Source of the DNA: Bacillota bacterium
Lineage (GTDB): Bacteria > Bacillota > Ch66 > Ch109
Direction of reading: 5' to 3'
DNA length: 64,000 nucleotides
NCBI GenBank assembly: GCA_050952625.1
Contig: JBMNLH010000001.1
Coordinates: 1,120,001-1,184,000, forward strand
The notes beneath the pieces were generated by a model. That model searched no databases. It had not been told where the DNA came from and saw only the letters and a program-made list of their open reading frames with translations. Of the stretch, positions 48,418-57,186 are shown one piece after another (the first letter of the stretch is position 1; each line of letters starts with the position of its first letter). Both the position numbers and the translations under genes were made by a program.

Positions 48418-50322
48418 GTGAATTTTGCTAGAATGACTCAATTTGCAATAGACAATTCCTGGTTAATCCCCTTTATGCCGGCCTTGGCCTTTATTATGAT
48501 TGTTTTTTTCCTTCGTAAAGCACCCCAGGCTAGTGCCCTGTTTTCGATAGCTTGTATTTTTACCTCTTTTGTTCTGGCTTTGGGCGTAGTGGGCGGAATC
48601 CTGGCGAACCCGACCACCACGGAACATAGCCTATCTTGGTTTAGTATGCCAGGGATATCGTTGGAGATGGGAACTCTGATTGACCCGATCTCTGGTATGA
48701 TGGTCTTTGTAGTGACCTTAATCGCTATGCTAGTCCAGGTATATTCAATTGGCTATATGGAAAATGATCCCGGTTACTCAACTTATTTTGCCTATCAATC
48801 ATTGTTTGCAATGTCTATGCTGGGACTAGTTGTGGCCAATAATTTTTTGCAGATGTTTGTTTTTTGGGAACTAGTTGGTCTATGTTCCTATTTGTTAATT
48901 GGTTTCTGGTTTTTTAAACACTCAGCTCGCGAAGCCGCCAAGAAGGCTTTTATCACTAATCGGGTCGGTGATTTTGGTTTCTTGTTGGGAATTCTGTTAT
49001 TACAAATTCTTTTTGGTACCCTTAATTTTACCGATTTAGCCGATATTATTCCTACGTATTCAAATATCGGTCTCTTGACTGTAGTTGCATTATTAGTTTT
49101 TGCCGGGCCGATTGGCAAGTCCGGCCAATTTCCTCTACATGTATGGCTGCCTGATGCTATGGAAGGACCTACGCCAGTTAGTGCGCTTATCCATGCGGCA
49201 ACCATGGTCGTAGCCGGGGTTTACTTAATTGCGCGAGCCTTCTTTTTATTTGTTGCTGTTCCGGATGCCCTGATGGTTATTGCTTATGTAGGTGGCTTTA
49301 CAGCTTTCTTTGCCGCCACAATTGCGATCACCCAAGACGATATTAAACGCATTTTAGCTTACTCTACTTTAAGTCAGCTGGGCTATATGGTGATGGCCTT
49401 GGGAGTAGGCGGCTTAACCGCCAGTATGTTTCACTTGATGACCCATGCTTTTTTCAAGGCCTTATTATTTTTGGGTGCTGGCAGTGTTATCCACGCCCTG
49501 CATAATAAACAGGATATTTGGGAAATGGGGGGTCTGGCCCCGAAAATGCCCGTAACCACCAAAACCTTTGTTATCGCCGCTTTGGCTTTAGCCGGTATTT
49601 TCCCTCTAGCAGGGTTTTGGAGTAAAGATGAGATTTTACTAGCTACCTTGAGTAATGGTTATACCGGTCTTTATTTAGTCGGCACATTTGTTGCCTTTCT
49701 CACAGCCTTTTATATGTTCCGGTTAGTATTTGTTGCCTTTTATGGCAAGCCTAATCCAGAAAACCAGCCGCATGAATCACCAAAGGTAATGACTGTTCCT
49801 TTAATAGTTCTTGCGTGTTTGTCGGTAGTGGGCGGATTAGTTGGTATGCCTTGGTTGGAAACTAATTTTGGCAGTTACATTTATTTTGGCGAAGCGCATC
49901 ATGGTTATAGCTTAAGCATTATGCTTACTTCAACGTTAGTGGCTTTAGCGGGAATCTATCTAGCCTACTTAATGTACTATAAAAAAACTATCTCAGCCTC
50001 GGCAATTGCTCATCGATTTCAGCCGATCTACAAACTGCTCTATAACAAATACTATATTGATGAAATCTATCAATGGTTTATTAACCGGGTGGTGGATGGA
50101 GCCGGCCGGGTAGCCTACTGGGTTGATCTATACGTAGTTGATGGAGTTGTTAATGGTCTTGCCAACGGAACCAAATGGGGAGGCTATTTGGTTCGTTACC
50201 TGCAAACTGGACAAACTCAGCATTATGGGATGGTCCTGATTGCCGCCGTAGTAGTAATTGTTATCCTATTAGGTTTAATTGACCCTTCAATGGGGATTTT
50301 TGCCGGGGGAGGTGCTAAATAA
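48418..50322 (+). CDS. nuoL: Complex I subunit L
   Basis: WELVGLCSYLLIGFW, KSGQFPLHVWLPDAMEGPTPVSALIHAATMV and HAFFKALLFL. Confidence 0.95.
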   Translation: MNFARMTQFAIDNSWLIPFMPALAFIMIVFFLRKAPQASALFSIACIFTSFVLALGVVGGILANPTTTEHSLSWFSMPGISLEMGTLIDPISGMMVFVVTLIAMLVQVYSIGYMENDPGYSTYFAYQSLFAMSMLGLVVANNFLQMFVFWELVGLCSYLLIGFWFFKHSAREAAKKAFITNRVGDFGFLLGILLLQILFGTLNFTDLADIIPTYSNIGLLTVVALLVFAGPIGKSGQFPLHVWLPDAMEGPTPVSALIHAATMVVAGVYLIARAFFLFVAVPDALMVIAYVGGFTAFFAATIAITQDDIKRILAYSTLSQLGYMVMALGVGGLTASMFHLMTHAFFKALLFLGAGSVIHALHNKQDIWEMGGLAPKMPVTTKTFVIAALALAGIFPLAGFWSKDEILLATLSNGYTGLYLVGTFVAFLTAFYMFRLVFVAFYGKPNPENQPHESPKVMTVPLIVLACLSVVGGLVGMPWLETNFGSYIYFGEAHHGYSLSIMLTSTLVALAGIYLAYLMYYKKTISASAIAHRFQPIYKLLYNKYYIDEIYQWFINRVVDGAGRVAYWVDLYVVDGVVNGLANGTKWGGYLVRYLQTGQTQHYGMVLIAAVVVIVILLGLIDPSMGIFAGGGAK

Positions 50323-51848
50323 TGAATTTTTTAACTGAACCTAGCTTCCCCTATCTATCAGTCATCCTGCTCGCTCCGCTTGTCGGCGCATTAGCCACGA
50401 TTTTTGTCCCGCGTGAAGAGGTTTGGACGATTAAGGCGGTAGCTGCTATATCAACTTTGGTATCACTAGCGCTAAGTGTGCTGATCTATATTGCCTATGA
50501 TCCAGTAGTTGGCGGGATGCAATTTAAGGAAGATATTCTTTGGATTCGTGACCTAGGAGTCAGTTACTCGCTTGGGGTTGATGGGATTTCCTTGCCCTTA
50601 CTCCTCTTAACGAACCTGATCGGTTTCTCAGCCGTTTACGCTTCCTGGAACGTTAAAGAACGGGTTAAAGAATTCTTTGTTTTATTACTTATCTTAATTA
50701 CCGGGGTTATGGGTACTTTCTTAGCCCGTGATCTGTTTATCTTTCTTTTGTTCTATGAGGTAGTAGTCATACCCATTTACATTATGGTGATTATCTGGGG
50801 TAGTACCAAACGCGTGACCAAAGAATATGCCGGGATGAAGCTGACGATTTACCTTTTGATTGGAAGTGCCTTTCTGCTAGCCGGCATGATTGCGTTGTAT
50901 GTTAATGCCTATCAACTAACCGGGGTTCGGACAATGGACATCGAATCCTTAATGTTAGTGTCTTTTCCTGAACAATTTCAGATTATCGGGTTTTTGCTAA
51001 TGGCAATTGGTTTCTGTACCTTAATCTCCATGTGGCCTTTCCATTCTTGGTCGCCCGATGGTTATGCCGGTGCTCCGACAGCGGTGAGTATGATTCACGC
51101 CGGGGTTTTAAAGAAAATAGGCGGATATGGACTTATTCGGATCGGTCTATTCATTTTACCGGCCGGGGCTAAATTTTGGGCCCCTGTAATCGCCTTATTG
51201 GCTGTGGGTAATGTTGTTTATGCGGCCTTGATTTGCTTGGTACAGAAGGACCTAAAATATGTCGTTGGGTATTCAAGTGTTAGTCACATGGGCTATGTCT
51301 TAATCGGTTTTGCCGCTCTAAATATAGTCAGTATCAACGGAGCAGTGGCCCAGATGTTTGCCCATGGGGTCATGGCTGCCTTGTTCTTTGCGATGATCGG
51401 TAATCTGTATGAAAAAAGCCATACCCGAAATATTTCGGATTTCGGAGGTTTGGCTAATCAGGTGCCAATTCTGGCGGTCGGGTTTATGCTAGCCGGCTTC
51501 GCTTCCCTTGGTTTGCCCGGACTGGCCAGTTTTCCAGCTGAGTTCACGATTTTTGTCGGTGCCTTCAACGTTTATAAGGTATTCACTATCCTGGCGATCA
51601 GTGGGATAATTTTTACAGCAGTCTATATTTTGCGAATGCTTGGGAATATCTTGTTTGGGCCAAGGAAACCCGAATGGGATAAATTAACGGATATCAAAGG
51701 GCCAGAGTGGGTGCCTTTGATAGTACTTGGCTCGGTCTTGGTTGTTTTCGGTATTTTCCCATCTCTGCTGATGGATATGGTTAATAGTGGAGTTACCTCT
51801 CTGTTTGCCAGACTTGGACTTAGCGCGATCGTAGGAGGTGGCTTCTAG
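50322..51848 (+). CDS. nuoM: Complex I subunit M
   Basis: LGVDGIS, PFHSW.PD...APT..S and YSSVSHMG. Confidence 0.93.
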   Translation: MNFLTEPSFPYLSVILLAPLVGALATIFVPREEVWTIKAVAAISTLVSLALSVLIYIAYDPVVGGMQFKEDILWIRDLGVSYSLGVDGISLPLLLLTNLIGFSAVYASWNVKERVKEFFVLLLILITGVMGTFLARDLFIFLLFYEVVVIPIYIMVIIWGSTKRVTKEYAGMKLTIYLLIGSAFLLAGMIALYVNAYQLTGVRTMDIESLMLVSFPEQFQIIGFLLMAIGFCTLISMWPFHSWSPDGYAGAPTAVSMIHAGVLKKIGGYGLIRIGLFILPAGAKFWAPVIALLAVGNVVYAALICLVQKDLKYVVGYSSVSHMGYVLIGFAALNIVSINGAVAQMFAHGVMAALFFAMIGNLYEKSHTRNISDFGGLANQVPILAVGFMLAGFASLGLPGLASFPAEFTIFVGAFNVYKVFTILAISGIIFTAVYILRMLGNILFGPRKPEWDKLTDIKGPEWVPLIVLGSVLVVFGIFPSLLMDMVNSGVTSLFARLGLSAIVGGGF

Positions 51849-53263
51849 TGGATTATACTTTGCTTGTTCCGGAAATTTTCGTCGCTTCTTTAGCCTGCTT
51901 ATTGCTCGTCCTAGGTTTAATTGCGCCGAAGGGTGAAAAACGAGGCCTAGTGTTATTTGCGATTGTGGGCATAATTGCTTCCATCGTGGTTGTAGCGGCG
52001 CACTTCAATATGTTCGATGGTTTTCTGGGGCGGATGTACCTGGTTGATTCTTACGCCAGCTATTTCAAGGTACTATTCTTAGTTTCTGCCTTGTTGGTCT
52101 GTCTTACCACGACCAGTTATTATAAACCTTTGGCCGGTGAAGGTAGCGAAGCTTATGCCATCATGCTGTTTGCTACCTTAGGGATGATGGTTTTGGTTTC
52201 TGCTGGCGAACTCATTACGCTGTACGTTGGCATGGAATTAATGACAATTTCTTTCTATATCCTTACCGCCAATTTAGCCGGTGAGGATGCGCGATCGTCG
52301 GAAGCCGGGCTGAAATACTTGATTCTCGGGGCCATATCTTCGGCCGTCATGCTTTATGGTTTTACTTTACTATATGGAGTAACCGGCACTACCCTTATTC
52401 ATCAGATTGCGTTGCATAGCGACAGCAGTCCGGCCTTCTGGTTGGGAGTAGTTTTTGCTCTTTCCGGTTTCGGCTTTAAAGTAGCCATGGTACCCTTTCA
52501 TATGTGGGCTCCCGATATTTATGAGGGTGCTCCAACCCCAGTTACTATTTTTCTAGCTGTTGCCTCCAAGGCTGCCGGGTTTGCTGTTTTTGTGCGCGTT
52601 TTTCTGACCGCTTTTCCGTACCATGCCGATCACTGGGTACCAATAATTGCTTTTTTGGCAGCAATTACCATGATTTTAGGCAATCTAGCGGCTATACCTC
52701 AACAGAATATTAAACGAATGCTGGCTTATTCTAGTATTGCCCAGGCTGGTTATCTGCTAGTCGGTCTTGTGGCTGCAAACCAGTTAGGCGTTAAAGGCAT
52801 TCTGTTTTATACGATGATCTATGTCTTCGCCAATGTCGGTGCGTTTGCCGTGACGATTGTTTTCAACAATGTTTCAGAGAGTGATGATATTGCTGATTAT
52901 TCTGGCTTAGCCCAGCGTTCACCACTATTGGCTGCCACATTATTAATATGTATGTTATCAATGGCCGGGATTCCTCCCCTAGCCGGGTTCGCCGGCAAAT
53001 TTTACTTGTTTTCAGCCGTTATTGACCAAGGATTTTTATGGCTGGCGATTATTGGCCTAGTTATGAGTATGATTTCAGTTTATTATTACTTATCCGTTGC
53101 CCGGGTGATGTACCTTGGTCAAGTAACTGACTATAGTGCGATTAAGGTAAATGGTTCAATGAAGTTGCTTTTGTACGGGTGTATGATTCTGAGCATTATT
53201 TTGGGGGTTTATCCTGATGCATTAGCCAAAATTGCTAATACTGCCGCTAAATTTATGTTTTAG
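51848..53263 (+). CDS. nuoN: Complex I subunit N
   Basis: EAGLKY, PFHMWAPDIYEGAPTP, KRMLAYSSI and AGIPPLAGF.GK. Confidence 0.95.
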   Translation: MDYTLLVPEIFVASLACLLLVLGLIAPKGEKRGLVLFAIVGIIASIVVVAAHFNMFDGFLGRMYLVDSYASYFKVLFLVSALLVCLTTTSYYKPLAGEGSEAYAIMLFATLGMMVLVSAGELITLYVGMELMTISFYILTANLAGEDARSSEAGLKYLILGAISSAVMLYGFTLLYGVTGTTLIHQIALHSDSSPAFWLGVVFALSGFGFKVAMVPFHMWAPDIYEGAPTPVTIFLAVASKAAGFAVFVRVFLTAFPYHADHWVPIIAFLAAITMILGNLAAIPQQNIKRMLAYSSIAQAGYLLVGLVAANQLGVKGILFYTMIYVFANVGAFAVTIVFNNVSESDDIADYSGLAQRSPLLAATLLICMLSMAGIPPLAGFAGKFYLFSAVIDQGFLWLAIIGLVMSMISVYYYLSVARVMYLGQVTDYSAIKVNGSMKLLLYGCMILSIILGVYPDALAKIANTAAKFMF

Positions 53264-53316
53264 AGGCGCAGTGTTTTAACTAAGTTCAGTGATTAGCGAT
53301 TTACATCATTAATTAA

Positions 53317-53338
53317 AACCCTTCCTTCGGGAAGGGTT
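53317..53338. terminator. Terminator hairpin of the nuo operon
   Basis: AACCCTTCC-TTCG-GGAAGGGTT. Confidence 0.75.
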
Positions 53339-53442
53339 AAGCCATTATTAGTGATCCGGCAAAAATCTCCTGTATCTAAGTCAATTATTTTATCGTTAAA
53401 ATGTAAGAGGGGGTTTTTTGGCTAGATAAAGGACGTGAGTTA

Positions 53443-53985
53443 GTGCAAACGTTTTCTAAAGAAGACGACTTAATCAGACGAGCCAAGGATGATCCCGATG
53501 CTTTTGGAGAGCTTTACGAGATGCACTTTCGCCAGATATATCGGTACGTTTATAGTCAGGTGAGAAGTCATCCGGAAACTCAAGACATTGTATCGGATAC
53601 CTTTCTGAAGGCCTTGAGGGCGATCGAATCTTATACTCCCACTGGTAAGCCATTTATCGTATGGCTGTACCGGATTGCCCGAAATACAACTATTGATTAT
53701 TTTCGGCGGGCTAACCGGGAAGTTGAGGTAGATTGGTTGGAATTAATGGCTGAGGAAGCTCAACTTGAACAGATAGAGTATCGCGATTGGTTGGACCAGG
53801 CAATGAAACATTTGACTGAGGACCAACGAGTCATCCTCCGACTTCACTACATACAAGACATGAAGTTTAAAGATATTGCAAAAGTTACCAATCGTACTGA
53901 GGGTGCAGTTAAGGCCATGGCCTTACGGGCTATTGGTCGGCTTCGATCGGTAATGGTGAAAGAAGAGGTGACTTATGGAGCATAG
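53443..53985 (+). CDS. ECF sigma factor
   Basis: AFGELYE, DIVSDTFLKA and WLYRIARN..ID..R; region 4 IA......GAVK...RA...LR. Confidence 0.9.
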   Translation: MQTFSKEDDLIRRAKDDPDAFGELYEMHFRQIYRYVYSQVRSHPETQDIVSDTFLKALRAIESYTPTGKPFIVWLYRIARNTTIDYFRRANREVEVDWLELMAEEAQLEQIEYRDWLDQAMKHLTEDQRVILRLHYIQDMKFKDIAKVTNRTEGAVKAMALRAIGRLRSVMVKEEVTYGA

Positions 53986-55390
53986 AGAAATCCGCCAATT
54001 ATTGGAAGATGAAATTATGGATGAACAAAAAAAGATTGATTTCTTAACCATTGAGCAGGAATTGAATGAATATTTCAAAAGTCAACCTTCAGAAGACTTT
54101 CGCCACCAATTAAAGCAGTTTCTATTAAAAGAGGCGGGGGTAACTAGGAGGGCAAAAATACGCGGACTTAAGGATTCTTTTTATAGATTTTGGCCGGTCG
54201 CAACCGCTGCTGCAGTAGCAGTAATAATGGTACTATCATTTGTCAATTCACAGGTCTGGAAAAAGCATTGGCCAAGTTTCCAAAGTCCTGACAACGGGGC
54301 AATATTAGTTAGCTTAAAGGACGATGCAGTTTTGCCGGAAAGCCAGGAAGTAAAAAGTCAGGACGTAAAAGGTCAGGATGTAAGCAAAAGTAGTATTGTT
54401 GAAAACAATATCAATAGTGAAAGTAACACTGATAGTAAAACCAACTCAAATGCCCAGGAAATCGCCGTAGAATCGAGTATGAAAAGAGCCCTTAGTCAGC
54501 CTGATCAGCTTGACAATCAAGAAAAGGTAATTACTCCAGAAAATTATACTGATGATTCAGCAGCATCTCGGAACAAGGAAGACGTTTTTGCGGAGTCACT
54601 TTCAATGAGTCCATCGGGTGAATCGGGTGCATTGGGTGCATCGGGTGGATCGGCGACCCGGGCTGGGATCAATCGTAATGAACAAACTGAGATACTATCT
54701 CATGGGATAGATTATAGGCAAGATAAAGTCAGGGTATATAGAGATAAGAATGTTTTCATAGAGACCACGGAAGCCTGGAACTTAGCGCAAAGGTTCGGCT
54801 TACTCAAAGAAGGATTATTATACGAGAATGATCTGGAATATCGATTTGTCCAGGATGACCAAACTTTAACTTTATCGTATAATAAAATGCCAATAAAGAT
54901 CCACTACCAAAAAAAAGGCCCTAGTGATAAGCACCCAAGACAACTTAATAAGGATCAAGCCGTGCAAAAAGCCAGAGAGGCCTTAACCACTCTTCCTTGC
55001 TTTAAAATAGTACCGGATCTAGTTAGCCCGATCACCCTAGTTGAGGATGATTACGTAATCACATTTTGGCAACAAATTGACGGTCTAAGACTATTAAGTG
55101 ACGGTGTCCGGGTCAGAGTTGATGGGGAATCCGGAACTATAATCGAAATTAAGGGCCCGATTCATCAATTCGAAACCGTGGCTGAATACCCGCTTCTAAC
55201 CATAGATCAAGCAGTCACAGGTTTATTTGAAAACAGAAAAGATATAGATATCCAACAAGTTGAATTAATCCAATCTTTACAGTTTAATGGACCTAATGAC
55301 ATTCTGGCTGTTCCTGGCTATTATATAACCGGTCACTACCCTGATGGGAGGCCTTATGAAACCACAGTACCGGCGATTAAACTGCAATAA
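53975..55390 (+). CDS. Putative anti-sigma factor (single TM, large extracellular domain)
   Basis: Overlaps the sigma stop; PSEDFR..LK cytoplasmic part, TM AAAVAVIMVLSFV, low-complexity linker, PepSY/YcdB-like C-terminus. Confidence 0.6.
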   Translation: MEHREIRQLLEDEIMDEQKKIDFLTIEQELNEYFKSQPSEDFRHQLKQFLLKEAGVTRRAKIRGLKDSFYRFWPVATAAAVAVIMVLSFVNSQVWKKHWPSFQSPDNGAILVSLKDDAVLPESQEVKSQDVKGQDVSKSSIVENNINSESNTDSKTNSNAQEIAVESSMKRALSQPDQLDNQEKVITPENYTDDSAASRNKEDVFAESLSMSPSGESGALGASGGSATRAGINRNEQTEILSHGIDYRQDKVRVYRDKNVFIETTEAWNLAQRFGLLKEGLLYENDLEYRFVQDDQTLTLSYNKMPIKIHYQKKGPSDKHPRQLNKDQAVQKAREALTTLPCFKIVPDLVSPITLVEDDYVITFWQQIDGLRLLSDGVRVRVDGESGTIIEIKGPIHQFETVAEYPLLTIDQAVTGLFENRKDIDIQQVELIQSLQFNGPNDILAVPGYYITGHYPDGRPYETTVPAIKLQ

Positions 55391-55463
55391 TACTGCAATA
55401 ATATAGAAAATAAAGGGTTATAGTCTTGTTAAATATCTTTTTCTTAGTTATAATGTTATTTAG

Positions 55464-55560
55464 AAAGTCAAGTTCTATTTTTTAATAGAGCCGGGCCTTA
55501 GGCAACGGGGAGAATTAAGAACCCGTGGGACTTCGTATATTTTTTACGAAGTCCTTTTTT
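55464..55560 (+). promoter_or_regulatory. NiCo (czcD) metal riboswitch with overlapping terminator
   Basis: AGCCGGGCC-TTA-GGCAACGGG...CCCGTGGGAC matches the NiCo core. Terminator GGACTTCGTA/TACGAAGTCC-T6 overlaps P1. Promoter TTGTTA-17-TATAAT upstream; CDF gene downstream. Confidence 0.75.
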
Positions 55561-55592
55561 ATTCGTAAGATTTTGACAAAGGAGAATGAGCA

Positions 55593-56504
55593 ATGGAAAT
55601 TAAAACCAAAGTTGCTGCCCTTTCAGTAGTCTCAAATACCTTGCTGGTTATTCTGAAATTAGTCGTTGGTCTAATGATTGGCTCAGTCAGCGTGGTATCC
55701 GAAGCGATTCATTCTGGCTTAGATTTAGTGGCAGCGATGATTGCTTTCTTCTCCGTCCGCACTTCGTCTTTACCTCCTGACCAGGAACACCGTTACGGTC
55801 ATGGTAAAATCGAAAATGTGTCGGGTACTATTGAAGCACTCTTAATCTTTGTTGCGGCCATTTGGATTATTGTAGAGGCCGGCAAAAAAATTATCGGGAA
55901 TGTTGAAATCGAGGCCGTAGGACCTGGTCTGGTGGTTATGGGAGTATCAGCTTTAGTGAACCTTGGCGTTTCCAGTATTCTGTTTAAAGTAGCTAAACAG
56001 ACTGATTCTATTGCTTTGGAAGCAGATGCTCTTCACCTAAGAACCGATGTCTATACTTCGTTGGGGGTTTTTGCTGGCTTGGGTCTAATTGAGCTTACTG
56101 GCTTTACAATTTTTGATCCTCTAGCGGCCTTTGGTGTTGCATTGCTCATTATTAAGGCTTCTTGGGAACTTACTCGAAGGGCCTTTATGCCGTTAGTAGA
56201 TGTGGCTCTGCCAAACGCTGATGAAGCTGTAATTACTGATATCTTGGGAGACTACCAAGTTTCGGGATCAATCATTGGCTACCACAAACTGAGAACCCGG
56301 CAAGCTGGAGCAGAACGTCATGTTGATTTACATGTCCAGTTGCCGGGAAACTTAAATCTTTCTACGGTCCACAGTCTAAGTGACTCAATTGAAAAAGACA
56401 TTAAAGAAAAGCTAGCCAATACCTCTATCGTCATTCATATGGAGCCCTGCTGTAATGAAGATAAGGATTGTAATAACTGCGAGTACCGTAAATCCATGAA
56501 TTAG
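55593..56504 (+). CDS. Cation diffusion facilitator (FieF-like)
   Basis: SEAIHS..D, PPD.EH.YGHGK.E, ADALHLRTD and H.LRTR..G....VDLH. Confidence 0.92.
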   Translation: MEIKTKVAALSVVSNTLLVILKLVVGLMIGSVSVVSEAIHSGLDLVAAMIAFFSVRTSSLPPDQEHRYGHGKIENVSGTIEALLIFVAAIWIIVEAGKKIIGNVEIEAVGPGLVVMGVSALVNLGVSSILFKVAKQTDSIALEADALHLRTDVYTSLGVFAGLGLIELTGFTIFDPLAAFGVALLIIKASWELTRRAFMPLVDVALPNADEAVITDILGDYQVSGSIIGYHKLRTRQAGAERHVDLHVQLPGNLNLSTVHSLSDSIEKDIKEKLANTSIVIHMEPCCNEDKDCNNCEYRKSMN

Positions 56505-56603
56505 TCTAATTAGTCTAATAAGACACCAGCCAGCCTGGTCATCCCCCTTACTTGACAATCGGGAACCCCTCACTTATGATGTACTTATCAAGGCTGGAGG
56601 TGA

Positions 56604-56936
56604 GTGGTTATATTAGGAGTAATGCGAAAGGCTTTTTACCTCGGTCTGGGTGGGTTTTCTGTTACACGAGAAAAGACAGAGAAACTGATAGATGAATTAA
56701 TAAAGAAGAAGAACCTTAATCCGACTGAGGCTAGCGGGTTGGTTAAGGAATTAGTCGAAAAAGGCGAACAGGAACGAGAAGCTATGATTGGTTTCATTCG
56801 TAAAGAGGTTGGCCAACTCCGTTCCGAATTGGGATTAGTGACCCACTCCGAGATCAGTCAAATCGAAGATCGCTTACGAGTAATCGAGGAACGGATACAG
56901 ATCCTTGAGAATAAGGTTGGAGCAAACCCTCACTAG
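56604..56936 (+). CDS. Phasin-like/coiled-coil protein
   Basis: K.FYLGLG....TREK.EKLIDELI and LGLVT..EI..IE.RL..IE; typically precedes ABC1 kinases. Confidence 0.65.
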   Translation: MVILGVMRKAFYLGLGGFSVTREKTEKLIDELIKKKNLNPTEASGLVKELVEKGEQEREAMIGFIRKEVGQLRSELGLVTHSEISQIEDRLRVIEERIQILENKVGANPH

Positions 56937-56987
56937 CATAGTATTAATTATTTGAGTAAAAACGGGAGATAACATACCAGGATTTTA

Positions 56988-57018
56988 AGCCCCTAGCTAG
57001 TCTGGCTAGGGGCATTTT
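56988..57018 (+). terminator. Hairpin terminator
   Basis: GCCCCTAGCTAG/CTGGCTAGGGGC. Confidence 0.55.
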
Positions 57019-57186
57019 CAGATTAGACTGCTATACTACTAAACAAGTACTTTGGAGAAATGAAATTATGGTCGCGCATTATTTTAACGAGGTCAGTGAT
57101 TGGCGATTGACAGCATTTTATTATTTTCGCTCCTGGTCTAGCCGGCTGACTGAGTTGAATACAAGCGTTGATTAGGGGAGGTAAAT

